Assembly (NCBI GenBank): GCA_963743305.1
Contig: CAVUPH010000026.1
Span: forward strand, 1 to 64,000
Reading direction: 5' to 3'
Length of the DNA stretch: 64,000 bases
Origin: an uncultured delta proteobacterium
Lineage (GTDB): Bacteria; Desulfobacterota; RBG-13-43-22
Part shown: positions 60,863-64,000 of the stretch, piece after piece
Layout of the letters: the number at the start of each line of letters is the position of its first letter
Position numbering within the stretch: the stretch's first letter is position 1
The notes under the pieces: generated by a model
What the model was told of the DNA's origin: nothing
What the model saw: the letters and a program-made list of their open reading frames with translations, nothing else
Databases searched by the model: none
Made by a program: the position numbers and the translations under genes

Positions 60863-61020
60863 GTATTAAAACCCCCCAGGCCCGGGGCGGGAACCCCGAA
60901 GTATGGAAATAACAGATCCCCAGTCATTGCGAGGAGAGAAGCGACGAAGCAATCCCCGAGGCAGTTTACAAACCTTTCCTATACTCGACCGGGGGATTGC
61001 TTCGCTTCGCTCGCAATGAC
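60863..61020 (+). repeat. 50-nt module (copy 4) plus a GTCATTGCGAG...CTCGCAATGAC palindrome
   Basis: gtcattgcgaggagagaagcgacgaagcaatcccc...ggggattgcttcgcttcgctcgcaatgac. Confidence 0.78.
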
Positions 61021-61068
61021 ATCGGTCTTGGAGACCGAGTCGGTCGGAGTGCTTATTGGCCTGGAAGG

Positions 61069-61905
61069 CTATTTTTGCATTAACCAGTCGATGATCAGCC
61101 CGGCGGTTTCTTCGGGGAGTTCTTCCTGAGGGGCATGGCCGCAATGGGGGATAATGCGCAGGGTGGAATGGGGGAGATCCCGGTCCAAACGCCGGCCGAC
61201 GGGGAGTTTTACCCAGGGGTCATCCTCCCCCCAGATCAGCAAGGTGGGGATATCAATGGCGGGAAGACGTTGGTCGTACCGGCTCAAAATTTTGAAATCC
61301 AGAGAACGAACCAGTGCGATCTGGGCCTCCAGGCAGCCGGGGGACTTCAGCCGTTCATAATAGGCATCGATCCTTTCATCGCTGACCCGCTCCTGGTGGC
61401 AAAAGGCCTGTTTCATGGCCAGCTTGATCAGCCAGCGTTTGAAAACGATTCTGGACAATTCCTTCGAAAAAGGCAGTTTGGCCAAGCGAAAAACCCAGGG
61501 AAGTTTTTTTAAATAGGCCGCCGCGTCGATCAAAACCAGCCGATTGATCCGGTCCGGGTTTTCCAGGGCCAGGAGCAGCGCCAGCGAGCCTCCCAGCGAA
61601 TTGCCCACAAAAATAACCGTCCGCAGTTCCAAGGTTTCCAGCCAGCGATCGATCTCGTCTCTCAGGGTAAACAAATCATATTCGGAAGCGGCCGGCTTGT
61701 CCGACCAGCCGGAACCCTTCAGGTCGAGGGCATAGACCCGGTAGCCTGCCGCCTGTAGCAGCGGGGCCAGCGCTTCCCAGGAGTAGGTCGAGGAACCCAG
61801 GCCATGCAGCAGGAAGATCGTTTGCCCCGCTGCCGGGTATTTCAGGTAGTGATAGTTCACTCCCCGGATGGTAATAAATTGACTTTGGGGATGGTTCTTT
61901 TTCAT
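61069..61905 (-). CDS. Alpha/beta hydrolase
   Basis: LLHG, DLKGSG, GNSLGG, WGEDD and CGHAPQEE. Confidence 0.92.
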   Translation of the reverse strand: MKKNHPQSQFITIRGVNYHYLKYPAAGQTIFLLHGLGSSTYSWEALAPLLQAAGYRVYALDLKGSGWSDKPAASEYDLFTLRDEIDRWLETLELRTVIFVGNSLGGSLALLLALENPDRINRLVLIDAAAYLKKLPWVFRLAKLPFSKELSRIVFKRWLIKLAMKQAFCHQERVSDERIDAYYERLKSPGCLEAQIALVRSLDFKILSRYDQRLPAIDIPTLLIWGEDDPWVKLPVGRRLDRDLPHSTLRIIPHCGHAPQEELPEETAGLIIDWLMQK

Positions 61906-63603
61906 TTCTGACGCAGGGCTTTCTTGTCCACCTTCCCCACCGGGGTCAGCGGGAGGGAATCAACGAATTCAATAATCTTGGGCACCTTGTAGGGAGACAG
62001 GTTCTCCCGAGCGAAATTCAGGATTTCCTGTTTGAGCGTCTCTTCCGGCCGGTCTTTGGCAGCCGGGGATCTTTGAACCACCAGCTTGACCAGTTCACTG
62101 CCCGGCCGCTGGGGATTGGGAACACCGACGATGGCGCACAGGTCCACCGCCGGGTGGTCATAGAGTTTTTCTTCCACTTCCCGGGAGAAGACCTTAAAGC
62201 CCCCCACGTTGAGCATATCCTTGGCCCGGTCCACCAGGGTGAAATACCCGGCTTCATCCATGCGGGCCACGTCGCCGGTATGCATCCAGACTTCTCCCTG
62301 AAATTCACGCAGGGCATGGGCGGTTTCCTCCGGCCGGTTGAGATAGCCTTTCATCACCTGCGGGCCTTGAATGATAAGCTCCCCTTCCTCCCCGATGGGC
62401 ACCTCCCGGCTCCCGGTTTCCAGGTCGGCCAGCTTCACGCGCGTATTGGGCAGAGGCAGTCCGATGGTGCCGATTTTCTTTTGGCCCAAATGAGGGTTGC
62501 AGGTGATCAGCGGACTGGTTTCCGTCATCCCGTACACTTCCACGACTTTCCCGGTGCCCACGATTGCTTCCAGCGCCCGGATGGATTCCACAGGAAAAGG
62601 AGCGGCCCCGGACAGACAGAAAGTCAATTGGCTGAAATCGAGTTTCCGAAACTTCGGGTTCTCCATCAACATCAAATAGAGGGTCGGTACATTGACCAGG
62701 ATGGTGGGCCGGTACCGGCCGATTTCCCGACAAAGGTGGTCCGTATCCCGGGGGTTGGGGATCAGGACCTGGGTGCCGCCCAGGGCCAGGGTGGTCATGG
62801 CCAGCATTAATCCCGCCAGATGGAAAAAGGGGAATCCGGATAAAATGATCTCTCCCCCCGAACCCATATGCAACCAGGTTCTGGCCTGTATGATATTGGC
62901 CACCAGGTTGCGATGGGTCAGCATGGTCCCTTTGGGGAGACCGGTGGTGCCCCCCGTGTATTGAATCAGACAGACGGCCTCCGCGGGGATTTTTGAATCT
63001 ATCGGTAACGAGGGGTACCGGTCCATGACCCTCATGAAAGGGATCACGGTTTTATCAGGCAGGTCGAAGACCCTTCCCGTGGGGACTTTTTTAATTTTTT
63101 TCCCCAGGAACTGTTTCCAGCGGGGGAGGAAATCCAGGATCCCGGTCGGGCAAATCGTCCGGAGGTCCGGCAGTTCCTGGTGGATGGGGACCAGGCGTTT
63201 TTCAAAGATGGCATCCAGCGTCACCAGCACCTTGGCGCGGCTGTCTTTCAATTGGTAGGCCATCTCTTTCCCGGTATGAAGGGGCGAAAGGCCGGTGACG
63301 GCACACCCGGCCAGGATGGCGCCGATATGGGCGATGAGGTACTGGGGGATGTTGGGCAAATTGACGGCCACCACGTCCCCGGGTTGGCAGCCCTGCCCCC
63401 GGAGCATATGGGCGAATTTCAAGGCCCGGTTTTGGAATTCCTGGAAAGTGGTGGTCAGACCCATAAAATGATAAGCGGTTTTCTTGGGGAAACGCTGGAA
63501 GGTTTCCTGAAGCAGATCCGGATAGGATTGATCGGGGATGGGGATTTCAGGTCGAACATCCGCGTCATAAGAAGACAGCCACGGTCGGTCGTCGTAGTTC
63601 ATA
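61902..63603 (-). CDS. Long-chain fatty acid-CoA ligase (FadD-like)
   Basis: QYTGGTTGLPKG, YGMTE, HTGD, DRAKD and VGKV. Confidence 0.92.
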
Positions 63604-63725
63604 ATGGCCCTCCTGGGAAAAGGGAAGCGGTTGACTACGAAAAAAACGGGTTGACTTTTGAAATGACGGCTAAGATTAGACACGTTTTGAATAGGTTATC
63701 AAGAGAAATTATTCCCTGATACTAT

Positions 63726-63754
63726 TTGACATACGAAAAACTAACCCCTATAGT
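63726..63754 (+). promoter_or_regulatory. Sigma70-type promoter upstream of the hydrogenase gene
   Basis: TTGACA-17 nt-TATAGT. Confidence 0.6.
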
Positions 63755-63899
63755 CGCGAATTAAATAGTATTCTGTATGCAATTAAATCCACATTCGCTG
63801 AACCTGCTCTTACTCGGGTTCCGTGGCAACATAATTGCTTTGCAAGATAATAGCAGGGACCGTTGACGAGGCTTACTATCGTTCTCAGGAGGGTGAACA

Positions 63900-64000
63900 A
63901 TGAAATTAGACTTAAAAGGAAAAATGGAGAAACAAGGCCTAACCAGACGGGATTTTTTAAAATTCTGTAGTGTTATGGCGGCTACGCTCGGCCTGCCGGC
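63900..64000 (+). CDS. Tat-exported [NiFe] hydrogenase small subunit, 3'-partial
   Basis: MKLDLKGKMEKQGLTRRDFLKFCSVMAATLGLP; RBS aggagg. Confidence 0.75.
   Translation, partial: MKLDLKGKMEKQGLTRRDFLKFCSVMAATLGLP

Overview
This is a bacterial chromosomal window from an anaerobe that looks like Desulfobacterota (inferred from gene content and repeat families). (1) 1-9.7 kb holds a 2-hydroxyacyl-CoA dehydratase/BcrBC-family gene pair and a Liv-type ABC transporter with an embedded acyl-CoA ligase. (2) 9.7-23.4 kb is a clean housekeeping block (bepA-like, rsfS, nadD, proAB, obgE, rpmA, rplU, rng) plus a B12-radical SAM gene and a PilZ-like gene. (3) 23.6-33.4 kb is a run of co-oriented accessory genes separated by degenerate attC-like hairpins, with no integrase: a decayed integron cassette array (mazEF, tcmP/DUF5131, hicBA, CPBP, radical SAM, YbhB, nitroreductase). 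(4) 33.6-48.3 kb is the most novel locus. It combines tupABC, a porin and extra TupA paralogs with an operon of ccsA/resB-like heme maturation genes, an exported CxxCH protein fusing molybdopterin-oxidoreductase-like and tetrapyrrole-methylase domains, an APC permease, a TonB-dependent receptor, exbB-exbD-tonB and a second signal-peptide-bearing tetrapyrrole methylase. Two of its promoters share a 27-nt operator. (5) 48.4-60.8 kb is a LexA-headed PolB2-type mutagenesis operon (lexA, inactive RadA-like gene, small partner gene, polB) split by an ~8.4 kb restriction-modification/toxin-antitoxin island in which the toxic genes carry internal deletions. (6) 61-64 kb holds a hydrolase, an acyl-CoA ligase and the start of a Tat-exported hydrogenase small subunit. 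Many single-base frameshifts cluster in the accessory regions and may be sequencing errors. No rRNA, tRNA or CRISPR array was recognised. All family calls come from motifs read by eye; no searches were run.
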